64,000 bases of DNA from NCBI GenBank assembly GCA_964035545.1, contig OZ037766.1:20696767-20760766 (forward strand). The letters run 5' to 3'. This document shows positions 28,622 to 42,230 of the stretch, piece after piece; the first letter of the stretch is position 1; each line of letters starts with the position of its first letter. Origin of the DNA: Bugula neritina. Taxonomy: Eukaryota; Animalia; Bryozoa. The notes beneath the pieces are model-generated. The model searched no databases and had not been told where the DNA came from. It worked only from the letters and a program-made list of their open reading frames with translations. Position numbers and translations under genes: made by a program.

Positions 28622-29566
28622 TTAATGGAGACGACTGTTTTCCCTACTGGTTATCATGTTCCACAAGACTGTAAACATGTTTATGTTGTCTATACGGTAA
28701 AACAACCACTGATACTCACTCTGAAATATTGTCTGCTGTTTAATTTGTTGAGGAGAACCAACAGGGACTGTAGAAACGTACTGTTCAAATGTAACATTAA
28801 TTGTTTCCGCAAGCATTCCAGTCAAATATACATCATCAACCCAAAAGAAGGGCTCATATAATGATGCATTGTATAATTTTGGAATGATATCTCCAGTCAT
28901 GACAACAGCTAATCCAGGGCAATATGGAGGGTATTTGTCCTTTGGGTATTCCTTTTTCGTTGTATTCCATTTGCTTGGTCCTCTGTCTACCTTGCCATTG
29001 TATATCACATGACACAGTATTGTATTGTTGAGCACTCTATTGGTTTTCTGCAAACTTTGGATGTGTTTCAAAAGAAGATAAATGTCAACTACTACATCAT
29101 CATCAGTTTTTAATATGAGTTTAGCAGACTTACAGAAATCTGATGTCCATTTAGCACCTTGAATGGCTTTATATGTCAAGTTTTTATAGCTATCCAAGTA
29201 CGTTTCCTGCACAATATCACCATAAATTTCATTCTCGTATTCTACCATGCCTTGCAAAGTGGTATTCTTAGTCATTCCCAGAAAAAATACTAAACCAGCT
29301 TTGTGAGTCCGGAAGCTTAGGGGATTTCCCCAAGTCTCTCTGATCAGCAGACGTTTCTTGAAGTTGTAAGTAGCACTGTGCACCCAGATTAGTAGGTCAG
29401 CATCCCTTTCTTGACAGAGCAGTTCGTTATTCAATATATATGTGAAAGGGTGAGGATTTACTATATACTTAGATGGAGTAGCCTGGGTTTCATATATAAG
29501 CAGAGCGAATATGCAAACGAAAGCTTGGTAAAGATAATGTCCATATACGAGTAGCTGCAGATTCAT
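28622..29566 (-). CDS. Beta-1,3-galactosyltransferase family (GT31) type II membrane glycosyltransferase, 314 aa, intronless CDS
   Basis: N-terminal hydrophobic anchor; motifs R..IRETWG, E...YGDIVQ...DSYKNLTYK, LKTDDDV (DxD), YPPYCPG, F.VDDVYLTG. Confidence 0.93.
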   Translation of the reverse strand: MNLQLLVYGHYLYQAFVCIFALLIYETQATPSKYIVNPHPFTYILNNELLCQERDADLLIWVHSATYNFKKRLLIRETWGNPLSFRTHKAGLVFFLGMTKNTTLQGMVEYENEIYGDIVQETYLDSYKNLTYKAIQGAKWTSDFCKSAKLILKTDDDVVVDIYLLLKHIQSLQKTNRVLNNTILCHVIYNGKVDRGPSKWNTTKKEYPKDKYPPYCPGLAVVMTGDIIPKLYNASLYEPFFWVDDVYLTGMLAETINVTFEQYVSTVPVGSPQQIKQQTIFQSEYQWLFYRIDNINMFTVLWNMITSRENSRLH

Positions 29567-30190
29567 GCTCTAACTCTAATAGTCTTTATCTTCCGGTTTC
29601 TTATAGCTCAGCTTGGCTTTTCCCTAAACAATGTTTATAGAAAAGTAAGGTATGAATAGTTTTTCACTATGACAACTTGTTCCACCATCTGACTAACCAG
29701 TACTAGTAATTTAAGGATGAAAAGGATGAAGTCACAGAGGTAAGTGTAGGTTTGGTTGTTTTAGCAGGTGCCTTTTTATCAACATGTAGGCTAAAAGTAG
29801 GTGTGTTCAGCTTAAGGCTCCAACCATAGACCAAAACTTATTTTAGGAAATGTAGCAAAGCCTAGTTTTAGAATAAACAATAATTAATTTTGGGATAGCC
29901 AATTCAAATATAGAGGGCGGATATTTCATTGCGATTGAAACAGCATATCTATGTGATTGTACATCCTGCAAGATACTCTTAGGGTATTGGTTTAGTTTTC
30001 AATTTTACAAGTCTAAAGGTTGACAAGGAAAAAAAATTTTAGGCCAGTTTACAAAACTTTCAATGCTATGTTCAGAACATAAAATAGTTGGTATTTAATT
30101 TTATAATGGTTCCATAGTTTATTTTCAATTATATAGCAAATAGTTTCCTCAATGTTAATTAACTCAAGCTATTAGCCAAATAAAATGAGT

Positions 30191-30283
<93 letters not shown>
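30191..30283. repeat. (TA)n microsatellite
   Basis: About 46 TA units with one interruption. Confidence 0.98.
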
Positions 30284-30288
<5 letters not shown>

Positions 30289-30422
30289 GAAATAAAATGA
30301 GATTTGATTAATATAATGACATTTATTACTAGTAGTTTCGTACACAAAAACGATGTGCACTCGTCAGATAAATTTGCCACTATCTGTGGAGCACTCTAGT
30401 AACGTTTTATAAACACTCATTT

Positions 30423-30425
<3 letters not shown>

Positions 30426-30472
<47 letters not shown>
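30426..30472. repeat. (TA)n microsatellite
   Basis: About 23 TA units. Confidence 0.98.
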
Positions 30473-30475
<3 letters not shown>

Positions 30476-31068
30476 CCAACTCTCTTCAACAATAAGAAAC
30501 TGATAAACCAATATAAATCAACAACATTTCTCATGTTAAGTAAGGCTGAATATAATTATTTATTTTTATAGAATATACTACTCTGTGATTATGTAATAAA
30601 GCTGGCTAATTTCTGATCTATGAAATACTCCTGTTGTGATCTTAGCACATTACCAGTGGTATGTCATTATTCTTTGAAATAACCATTTATTCATAACCCA
30701 AATGTATCGTCTTCGCTATTGTAGCATAGTAAACTTAAAACCAAAGGATAATTATAGCCTGGGGACCAGAACTAGTACTATAAGCTGCAGAAAAGCAGAC
30801 AATTTAACGAGACAAATTTGAGTAACTTTAATTTATATACATTAATTGATATAGTTGCTGTTAGAAGTATACATACTTACTTTTCAGCTGGTAGTTCTCT
30901 CCTTCAAGCATGGACACTCATAAAAGAATTATTTTTTTTATATTTGCAAACTAGTTTATTCTATTTGGAGCTTGCTCTTTTACTTTACAAAAGAAAAGCT
31001 TGCATAAAGCACAATTGGCATCTATTACTCAGCAAGGATTCTGCTAGTTGTATTGTGAAGATTACCCC

Positions 31069-31134
31069 TGTGGCGTCCCTGCTTGGAAGCTAGAGGTCTT
31101 GGGTTCGAATTTTATTAGTGGCAAATATTTTGCA
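31069..31134 (+). mobile_element. tRNA-derived SINE remnant (family 2)
   Basis: B box gggttcgaat then ggcaaatattttgca, matching 15381-15462 in reverse. Confidence 0.5.
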
Positions 31135-32360
31135 CTACAAGTTTGGTGTTTACATAGTTATTGGTTGCCCCTCAATACTCATAGCTATAAAGTTTTGTGT
31201 AATATTGCTAAATAGTCTCAATTTCGATTTAATGTTTTGCTCAAGGCAGCTACGATACTACCTATTAGCTCTTTTACCAGATAGCACATACAAAAATTTA
31301 TAATTGTAAAAATAAAACATAAATTGAAATCATATACTCTACTAAAATCCACGCATCAGTAAACCAAGCTGGGCAAAATTGATTTAAAGAAATGTATATA
31401 CAAATTGACATTACAATTGCATAAATAATTGTGCAACAATTGCCAATGAGAGTTGGTGTAATGGTAGAAATTCAAGTCATATTTTGGTAATGCATGGTAG
31501 TCTTTATTCATGAAAAAATTAAACTGAAAGATGCTGCAGAGTTGCATTAAGTTATAAATTGCAGGGCTGGTGACAAACATTCAAAGTTTTCTCATGGTGT
31601 TCAAAGTCAAAATTATTAAAATAATCTGTAGCTTTGAGATCTTCAGCAGAATGCTGTGTAGCCCAAGTTTTAAATGTGGAGGAAGTGCATGTAGAGGCTG
31701 CATATATGTACATCAATATACACACATGTAACCTGCAAGGATATACAATACTATTTTATATCACTATTGTACTTCATTGTGAACTGTTGACAGCAAGAGC
31801 ACACAACTCTTACAAACTACTGCTACTCTTTTATGCCCCTCGCATATTATTATACCTTAAAGAACTAGTCTATAGAAAATCAAATTATATAGAAATCCAT
31901 TATCATGCATAGATTTATTATTATTAGAATATATTTGTTTTATGTACTATTAACTTGCATAGATTTATTAACATTATTATATAGAGTCCCTGTACATGTG
32001 CATTTGCAAAGGTTTCAAGATTGTTTTCACCAATAAACAAGTAACAAAAAAGGTCAACACTGACTAGAAAGAAAAAACATTATATAAGATTTTGATATAG
32101 GCTGCACATGAGCAATTACAAATAGAATTAATTGAATTAAATATAGCACTTGGAGTATTAGAATAAAGTGGTTCTTGTTTGGGCAAAACATAAAGATTAT
32201 AATAAATCGGTAGCAAATTTCAACCCGTAATACTTGGCAGTAGCTGCAGATTGGTACATGAGAAAAGTCAGTATCTGAATGAGTTCTGATGAGCAACACT
32301 TCTGTTACTTGCCACCAGCTGGCTGTTGATTGAAAACGTAGAACTTTCCTGAGTATTAGC

Positions 32361-35300
32361 TTATAGAATTTGTTGAAGGTATCCGTAAACATGTTCAAAC
32401 ACTAAAAACATCAATGCTCCTCCTACAAACACAAAAAATGTCAAAAGTTTATAAAATAATTGCTTCATAATGCACCACTGTTACAACTACCACTACAATA
32501 AAACTTGGGTAATAGCGAATATTATACACCCCTTTGGAAAGTAAGAAAATCTATTCTTCCAGGCTGAAAAGTTTATATAAAATACTAAATAAGATAAACC
32601 TTCCTCTGATATTCCTAGCGGTCAAATGATTATGTTTACATTGCTGGTAAAAGGCTCTATCTATTAATCTACAATATAACTTACTATTACTTTGGCTATT
32701 ACCCCAGCCAATAGTCTTGCAATATGCGAGTTAAGTTTTGGAAGCAACAAGATTTAACGGATCTATTTAACGGACCTCACAAAATTGAGATAATGTTCAG
32801 AAAAGTCCGCTTTGATTTATAAAATTATACCAGTTGGAAAAACATGCATTTTTTCACATCATTCAGTTCTATGATAAAAAATAACAGTAGAAATGGCAGT
32901 GAAACTTCAGCTATTGATACTGTTCACAATTGAACTGCAGGTAAAATGAATTGACTGGAAGTAACAACATGTTTTACCTACAGTTAATATGCTCAGAAGC
33001 TAGAAAATTTAAGCTCAGCTTACCTGGGCCAACTTTCATCATTTTCGGCAGAAGACCTTTATATAGTGAGAAGATTCTAAAAAAATGCCAATAACAAGGT
33101 GTTTTTGATGTTGAGTAATTGAGAAAGCTGAGTAGAGCAATGAAATTAGAGTAAGTCAAGTCCAAGCTAAAAGAATTAAGTTCAAATCAAGTTAATCAAT
33201 GACTTGAGTCACGTGGAATATCACAGAAAATTAATAGAAATTTTAATTAGTGGGCAGCTACGTTCATTTAGCAGCTTAAATCAATAAAAAATGGGTAATG
33301 GTTAGAAAACATTGAATTACAATAACCATTGAATTTCTACAAAGATAATAATATTATTGAAAGTTCAATCAAAACACCATTAAATCAATGTAATCGATAC
33401 AAAAAAATCTATACTGTGAGCTAAGACTGTCAAAAACTAAACTATTACAAGAAAACTTTGGCTGATGGTTATTGGCCCATTGTCCAAAACTTTTATTCTA
33501 ACACATTAGGGGGAAACTGGATATGCAAACAGTTAGGCCACTTAATGTTTATATCTCAAGTAATGGAAATACCATTTCAACACACCCAGTAAGCCTTGCT
33601 GGGCATTTTTATTAGTAATTCCACTTTTATTACATTACATCCTCAAGAAATTTACAATAAATTTCAAGAATACTACCACTCATCTTAATGAATAACATTG
33701 AAAATGTTCAGTATTTTTTCTCTTGACTAATGGCCCATTATAAATGTTTCTAACTAGATAATTTTATTTTAATTATTAATTATATTGTGATATAAATTAT
33801 ATTAAACTACCATATAAAATATATAATAAATATAAAATACTTCAGAATTACAAAAGGTATTAAAACTATGCATGTTTGAAAATGAGAAGCTTCTGTTTTA
33901 ACTTTGAAAAGCAATATTTAAAGCTGCAATCTTCCCCAAAGTAAAAGTAGGAGAAGATAACTCTGCAGATACTCCAGGTTCACAGATAAATCGTAACTAC
34001 ATTAGGAAAAATAAAACTACCCAATTTAAGTGCCATTGTAATTGGAAATCCTACTTTAAAAAAATAAAAAGGATGTTTTTAATTTCAAATGGTGACACTT
34101 CATTGAATACTTTGTTCCACCCTGTTTTAAAGTGTTCATAACACTTTTAGTTGTTCACTAATTATAGATTTTCCTACGATTGCTTTTATTATAATGTAAA
34201 TGTACTATAGTGATATAAAAAAAGGCACAAAGAAATTTTATTGGCAAAGATGGCAGACTACAGTTAAATGCAACAGCAAAAAATAAAAGCTGAAACTACT
34301 TGTGTATAAACTCAATATAAAACAGAAGAAAATGATAAAAAACTCTTGAAAGTCAAATTTTTATAATGTTTTAAAAAGCTATGGTATTTGGATGTGCAAG
34401 AAATACATACCCCTCTTCTTTGATAACAAGCTTCATAGTTTGTATTGTAGATTTGTACTTGACAACCCCTGGTGTAGGCTGGGGTCCTTGTATCAGGCTT
34501 TTAGTAACATCCCATGGAGTGTTGGAAACACAGGCTACACTTCCTGCAGTAAAGCCAACCAGTAATCTATAAGGTATGCTGACTTTCTCCTGAAGAATAA
34601 ACAGTAAACACATCACTTAGTAATTCCTGGCAAAGAAGTGGGGGAGAGAGGGGGCAACTTCACAGCATACATACATAATCAAGAGTCAACAACAAGGTTT
34701 CCATGAGCCTGTAGGTATTTCAATGGTATCTGGTAATTAAAAACTTATCTGTGTAAACTTGAATAAAATTCAAAACACAAAACTTAGATTAGATTTGATT
34801 CACAATATTCTGACGCTTACTATGACAGGTTGTGGAATATTTTGAGTAATAGATGGCAAAGTTCTTGTATCAAATGTTTGATGAAAAAATCTCTAGGACA
34901 TTATGGCTGGCTCCGAGATTTAAATTCTATCTAGCAAATCCCAATCAGTTAGAAGCAAGCTACCCACTGTAGTTACCTTACATTTGCAGAGTCATTCTGC
35001 TTGATTACCCAAACATTGCTTTTATTATTCTAGATTAAATGCAAATTAGCCCTTAAGAATGTTTAACTCAGAGAAAATATCAAGTGAACTACAATATGGT
35101 GGTATGCGCTCATTGTGTTCAATTAAATACTTTATTGCAGTGAAGTTTACAATGTATTACCATAAGAGTTGTCCAGGATATTATCTAGTAAACTCACCCA
35201 GTCATCAAAGAGATATGTTTTGAGATTATTGTATGTTCCAAAGAAGAGCGTATTAGACACACAGTAGCTGCATATTGTAGTTGGCAAGGCCTTGTTTATT

Positions 35301-38300
35301 CCTTTCAATCCAAGACCTCCTTTTTTGATTATTTCTCTAGCAGTGGCAAATGCACTCTTTTGCTGAAAATTATCAAACAATACAATAATATAGGGAGGGA
35401 AAAGGCTAAACTGCACTAAACAAAATTAACTAAGCATAGAACAGCATTCCAACAGTTTTCAATACTCTGGAAGTTATCGGTCACTGTCATCCTAAGCATC
35501 AAAGCCAATAAACGATACAAGCTTATTTGTGATTGGCTTCCCAGTGGTTTTCCATTCATATCTAAGAAGGCTGTAAAGTTCAGAATTTTAAAGATATATT
35601 TCAATTATTTAGCATAGTTCAATTAAGGTTATATGTTACTGAAATGAGTTTGTGTAAAAACCTAAAAAAAAACAAACAAAAACTTTGTTTGAAAACTTTT
35701 TTACAAGTTTTAGCGACCTATAAAACTGGCAAATCAAGTATATCAATTGTAATGCAAACTAGTAGGGGGTCATCTGACTTTAGCTTCGACTCTAGATATT
35801 CCTTTCAGCCTCCAAAATGAATTTAAACAATATTGACACAATTAATATGTTTTAGGCCAGTATTATTTCACCACTTACAACGCCATAGTCCTGCATCAAA
35901 CATTGAAGAAGCCATGGAATACACAAGAGTGTAAAATACCGCACTAACCACTCTTATAAGACTTACACTTACCACTCTATAAGACTTACACTCATAACAC
36001 AGCTCTACAGAACTAAATATTAACTTACTGCAGCAAATGCCATCCTTTCAGACTGTAGCTTCACTTTCACAGTTTCAAAAGGATTCACAACAAAAGCTTC
36101 TGTGCAGCCAGAGAAAAACCCTGCCAATAGGAACACCTAAAATCAAGGCATATATAAAACATTGGAATTACTAAAGACAATGTCTAATAATGTTATATCA
36201 ACATCCTCAGTAACTTTTCTTGTAATGATAACAATCAAAATATTAACTGACAAGATATAATATATAGATGGAAATGATAAAACAATAGTTGTCAGTTTCA
36301 TGATAAAATAAATATCAATAATTAGCCACTGTATATTTTTTCCTTACCATATTTTATTTGTAACGATTAGTAAGCTATAGCTGTTAAATTCCTATTCTAA
36401 CTGTGCACCAAATGAAAATTGAGTTGAAAGTCATTGCAATAACTTTATTTATCAACTTTTAAGAAGTATTAGATTAACTTTTTTACTAAAAAATACATCG
36501 ACATATTTTCTTTGATTTTGAGTTTACAGTGAGATAAGTTTGACTGACTACTCAGACTACACACCATCTCCCCAATTAACGGCAGTGCCAAGCCGAGAAC
36601 TTTGCATCGAAAACTTGCTTACTGTTTATTTTCATATATTCTTTAATGTATAAACAACCTTTCTAACAATGTATATTAGTTGCAGTAGGTTGTGATTTTG
36701 GAGCACAGTTAAAACCGCAACAAATTGCGTAGCTTTTCCGTAGGTTTGGTAGGGCAGTAGACACGACATCACCACTGTTATGCAAGTATATGATGCAAGG
36801 GGCCAACTTTACGAATGTTCTAAATACACTCTGTCTTAAATTAAATAAGTAAATTTTTTAAACAGCGTTTGTAGCTTGAGAAACAAATTGGAAAAGAAGT
36901 TATATTTATAATGCTTGGTTTTAAAAGAAGTTACAATCCTGAGCCATAAGGTTTGTTTCTTACTTTTTCTGAAAATGCGGTCAGTTCCAACTATTTATAG
37001 CTTCAGCAAAACTTGTTGAATTTATGTGGATTTCAAACATTACTTGTTAATCGCAACTAATCATTACATGACATCATTTGAAAAAGTAAGGCATTGGCAA
37101 AGACAATTACAAAAAAATAAAAATAAAATGAAAACTTAAACTAATAGAATGGCATGATTTAAAGCCTTGAAACACACTTCAAGAAAATTCAAAAGCAATT
37201 TTTTAAACTCTAGTAGCTAAAATAATTCATAATTATCTTAGAGCGCACACTGAAATGTGCCAAAGGAGTGATCACTTAACATATATTTTACAATTTACTT
37301 TCATTATGCATGAAAATTAGTGGAATTCTCCTTCACTGAATTAATTTTTGACTAAAAGTGGTGATTGTATAAATGCACTTAAAGGCACTGAGGAAAAACT
37401 GGAAATTATGAAAACATACATTTTTCTTTTAGATTAAAAACCAAAGCTCAAAAAGTTTGAAGCTTATAAAACTATAGTTTTCAATGTTGGGATATTAGAA
37501 TATAACTAAATAGAACTTCTCGCAGGCTCCCAGGACTGAACACTTATACCTATCTGGATATAGCAGTATATCCAAACATATAGGCTTAAACATTACTGCA
37601 ATAGAAGGATACTTACGCAAGGCTGAGGTAGTGTCTCCCATTGCGACACAATCGCTTTATATTGCTCAAATGCAAAGAATTTAGTGGCTCTTTTAGGTGT
37701 TTCTACCATAATAGGGGGAAGTATACCTTTGTATAGTGACAGAAAACTACAACAAGTACCAAAGAATAAGACAGGGTACAAGAATGTAAGACAGAAAATT
37801 GCATTGCATTGCTAATACATTTCTATCAAGATACAGCAACACTTTGGTATTCGTATGTCGATCATTTTGAAATTCGATGACTTTACATAATTTTCAGAAA
37901 TCTAAGGAAAAGTCAAGTATGTGACGACTAGACTGCAGCAGCTACATATTTATTATTACAAGAAAGAATATAAATCTGATTTAAATGTTTTTACATCAAT
38001 ATAAAACAATGTGAATACACTGATATACTTATACGTATAAACATCAAAGCAATAAAAGACATAGCCATTAATGTATGATTATAGCAGAATACAAAAGTTG
38101 ACAATTTTCACAGTATAGACAATATTTTAGGTAGTAACAAACCCTTCAGCTCTGTATATAGTAGAGAAACAGTGCCTAACGGACTTGTAGGCATTCGGAG
38201 TACCAGGTCTCTGCAACTGAAACCTGGTCTTCATAACATCCAAAGGGTAGAGCAGGCATATGTCCGTCAAACCTGTGCAACATTACATCATGTATATGCT

Positions 38301-38977
38301 AGCTTACATTTCATGGAGATGTGTAGACATCCACTTATTGGCTCATTTAAATTCGGTCTTAACAATATATATCTTCTAATTTAAAAATGAAACCAGTTTT
38401 TCCAAAATGAGAACCCAATGCTTAATTTTTTCAATTTAATTTCAATTTTAATTAAAAAAATAGAAGCATTACTCGCTACTCATGCAGGAAAAGGTGGTAA
38501 AAATTGAGCAAAAAGACGTTAGGTTAAACATTTAAACTTGAGCACCAGAACTGCCAGCTATTCCAAAGGTATAGGTATAACTGACTGGTCTTGCTGCTAT
38601 TCAACCCATAATTGTGTGCCCAGACAGTCTTTATATATCGAAAATTAAAAATCAATCGGTAAATTACTAAAGTTGTGAAATTTTCTTAGTCAAATATTTA
38701 ATGACACATCTAACAGTTTTTTGACATAACATTGGTGACTTACACTAAGCTTCAAGACAATCTTGACCAACCTAGCATATGAAAAATGAAGTTATATATA
38801 TATTTCATGCAAACTCTTGCGTATAAAAAGGTGAGTAATTTGAAGAGATTAACATTGAGCACTTAAAAGAATAAAGTTCTCATACGCACCTGCTAAACTA
38901 CCAGAAACCATCTGCATAACCGCCAACTTTACTTTACCATGTTCTTTAGGGAATGATAAAGTCGGTGATACTCTCAT
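32361..38977 (-). CDS. SLC25A21: SLC25A21/ODC-like mitochondrial carrier, divergent tandem paralogue (copy B), about 304 aa, 8 coding exons
   Basis: Exons 38977-38890, 38272-38143, 37746-37617, 36136-36029, 35362-35198, 34589-34411, 33076-33024, 32422-32361 (915 nt, no internal stops). Exon 2-8 lengths identical to copy A; signatures PLDVMKTR, PFETVKVK, PWDVTKSL. Confidence 0.92.
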
Positions 38978-39399
38978 CACAGCCTGGCCTGGCTTCAATT
39001 CACCTTAGAGGAGAAGGTAAACATATTTGTGCTGGCAATCTACTTGGTATTAAATAAATCTCATAATTTATATGCATGTAAATTCAATCTAAGACACCCC
39101 AGTACCTATTTTATTAAACAGGAACCGTAGATTTTTACAATCTTAACTTACCTTGAATGTCACACATTGTCCTTTAGAGCAGTAGTACAACGGTAAATAC
39201 TGGATGGCTTTCACCTACTATCCATAGGATGACTTTAGTCCAGGGCAATAATCATGTTTTCATAGCCATACCCAATCACTTTAATGAAATAAACAAGAAG
39301 GTTAATTGTTAAATTACATTTACTGGACTACATACTATTATCATCAAATAAGTACAAATTTATATTTTGTAGTAGTATGACAAATATGTATATATTAGT

Positions 39400-40780
39400 A
39401 TTTTTATACAATTTACCTTATCATTAATATCATAAATATTATTATTGGTTATCACCATCAACTATTACCACGAGTCTATGAGCATCAATGTGACTACGGT
39501 GACAGTATGAGTATGTCTATTACTATTAGTAGTCATTATCCTTAAATTCAATATTATGATTATTATTAATAAATTTTGGACCATCACCATGACAAATATC
39601 TAAGCCCTACGGTCAAGTATCTCAATTCTATGAGTATTAATATAACTATGGACACAGTATCAGTATATTTATTGTTAATAGTAAAACCAATACTATTAGT
39701 ATTATTATTAAACTTACACTTGCAGATAGTTTTACTGGTAGTCTTAGTCGATAACTTAGTATTACCAATAGTAATACTAATAGTAATACTATTACCAAGA
39801 GTATTACTATTAGCATTAGTAATATTAGTAGTAATAGTATTGAACTAATTTAAACTTAGAGTTAGTATAACATTAACTATAGGACATAAGACTAAGTATT
39901 ACTATTACAGTATGGGTCTCACTATTAGTATTAGTATTACTAATACTGTAATACTAATACTAATAGTAATACTAATAGTTATACTATTACTAGAACTAAT
40001 ACTATTACTAATATACTATTACTATTAGTATTAGACTTAATCTGGGCATTATCATAATCATTACTTATAGTTATACTTATTAGATTTAATATAAGACTAA
40101 GTATAACATTAACTTACCATTAAATTCAATATAAGACTAAGTAATACCAAATCCAATAGTATTACTATTAGTATGAGCTACTAGTACTAGTAATACTAAT
40201 TTACATTTACTATAAATAATACTATGACTTAATTGGTAATACTAATTACTATTGCTAGTATAGGCTTAGTATAACTATAAGTATTACTAATATTTGCTAT
40301 AACTATGTCTATTGTATTACTATTAGGCTACATTTGATTTACTTCTAGTTCTACTTTTAGTCTTACTATAACTATAACTATAAGTATTACCACTTACCAG
40401 CATTTATAATTTCTGTTTCAACTTGGTCTCTAGACTCTACTCTCAGTCGTAGAGTTTCTACACTCTCTTACATTTACTTTTTGGTCTTTTAGTATTAGTA
40501 TTACTGTTCGATTTAGTCAAGTTACACTTGCGAACTCTTAGTCAGATTGTTTACAGTTTCAGTTTACTCTTCACTTTTGTCTTTTACTTTAAAGTTTTAT
40601 TAATATTAGTTTAAGTTTTAGTTTTCACTTTTCGAGTTAGACTTGATCTACATCTAATTCAGTGACTGTGAGTCTTAGTCTTACACTTACAGTTTGAGTT
40701 ACTCTTAGAGTTACTGTTAGTCTTACTCTTACTCTTAGAATTAGATAATAGATTCAACTTCAAGTTTCACTTTCTGGCAA
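39400..40780. repeat. Long degenerate (ANT)n/hexamer low-complexity tract
   Basis: agtaatactaatagt..., cttactcttagagttactgttagt...; 3- and 6-bp periodicity. Confidence 0.8.
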
Positions 40781-41619
40781 AAGTTGAACACATTCTGATT
40801 CTTCGTGAGACTTTAGCTTTAGCAAATTAAACAAAATCTTAATTTATTTTCAGTGAAATAGAAAGTATGTTAATAATTAAATGCTATCTTTTATGGAATT
40901 TAGCAATTTTCAGCGCAGCATGCAGTAATAGAACAGACAGACAATTGTTGCACTTGCATTTGATTCCTACCAATATTATTTCATTGTGCTGCACGTTTTG
41001 TTTTAGTTGCACGACAACGTAGGAACGGCTCATTAACCCCCTTCCCAAAGTCACTATAAACTATTGCTATGAACTACCATGCGAGTAGTATGCAAAATAT
41101 CGCTAGAAGCAGCACCTAGTAGGGTGTGACTGAAAACAGTATTTGTATACACACCGACTTCATATCCAGGAATCGATGCATGCAATGACCACTAGTTCGT
41201 CGCTGCTTCAAGGGATTTTTTGTTATATAAGCTACGTTAGCCTATTGAAATAGAATAAATGGTATGGTCTACAGAATGGGATATTATTGAATTAGACAAC
41301 TAGAGTTGAAAACATAGCCTAAGCTTTGGAGAAACAACTGAACTTAAATATACCAGTTAAAAGTAAATTTTCAGTGCTGCGATCACTGAACTGGAAAAGA
41401 TTGAGTTCATTGGCTGCGATATTCTAGCCTTATTGAGGGCCTTGTGTTGGGTACGAGGCTAATTTAACCTTGACATTCTAGATATTTTTTACTCCATATA
41501 AAATAGAACATAGAGCATGAAATTGAATGAGTGAAACTGAATGAGATTATCCATTAATATAAATTTTATATCACAAGCTACATTAAAATTATTGTCATTG
41601 TATAAGAATAAGATTAAGG

Positions 41620-42230
41620 GCAACTATTTTAACTACGATCGGATTCCGATTACTATCAATGTAAACATCATTATGATATTGATTATCATTATGATTTATT
41701 AATTAAAATTTACCAAAATTTTTAATTAAACTGAAACTAGTACTACTAGTACTACTACTAATGGCTGTACGTGTGTCTTGTAGTGTTATTACTAGTAGTA
41801 GTAGTACTACTGCTAGTAGTTTAGGTTTTGAGCATCGTCATGATCACTTCAGAGTGATGATCATGATTAGCATATTCATATTGATGTTTAGTATCATTAT
41901 GATTATCATTATCATTATGGTTTAGATTATCATTATCATTATGTCAAGATTGATGGTGATCATCATCATGATAATCTAAATTATGCTAATTAATATGAAC
42001 ATCAACTTGAGCATAGCAGTTACTGAGTCTGAGAGTAAGTTAGTGGTTACTCACAGTCTGAGTCAGTGAGTCACTGATACTAATACTAATAGTAACAGTC
42101 ATACTCATAGTAATAGGAATGGTCATGGTGCTAACTGCTATGTGATAACTAATAACTAATTAAGTTTTGGCTCAGTTTCAAGTTGATTATCAATTTGAAT
42201 ACCACTGTCAGTATCAGTTATCACTATGGT
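41620..42230. repeat. Degenerate (TNA)n/(ANT)n low-complexity tract
   Basis: tcattatgattatcattatca..., agtactactagtact..., actaatactaatagt. Confidence 0.75.

Noticed and set aside
28625-28861. Antisense ORF overlapping the GT31 gene
   Set aside because: Shadow ORF of a real CDS with no independent support
39576-39848. Hydrophobic 90-aa ORF resembling a membrane protein
   Set aside because: Product of the (ANT)n low-complexity tract
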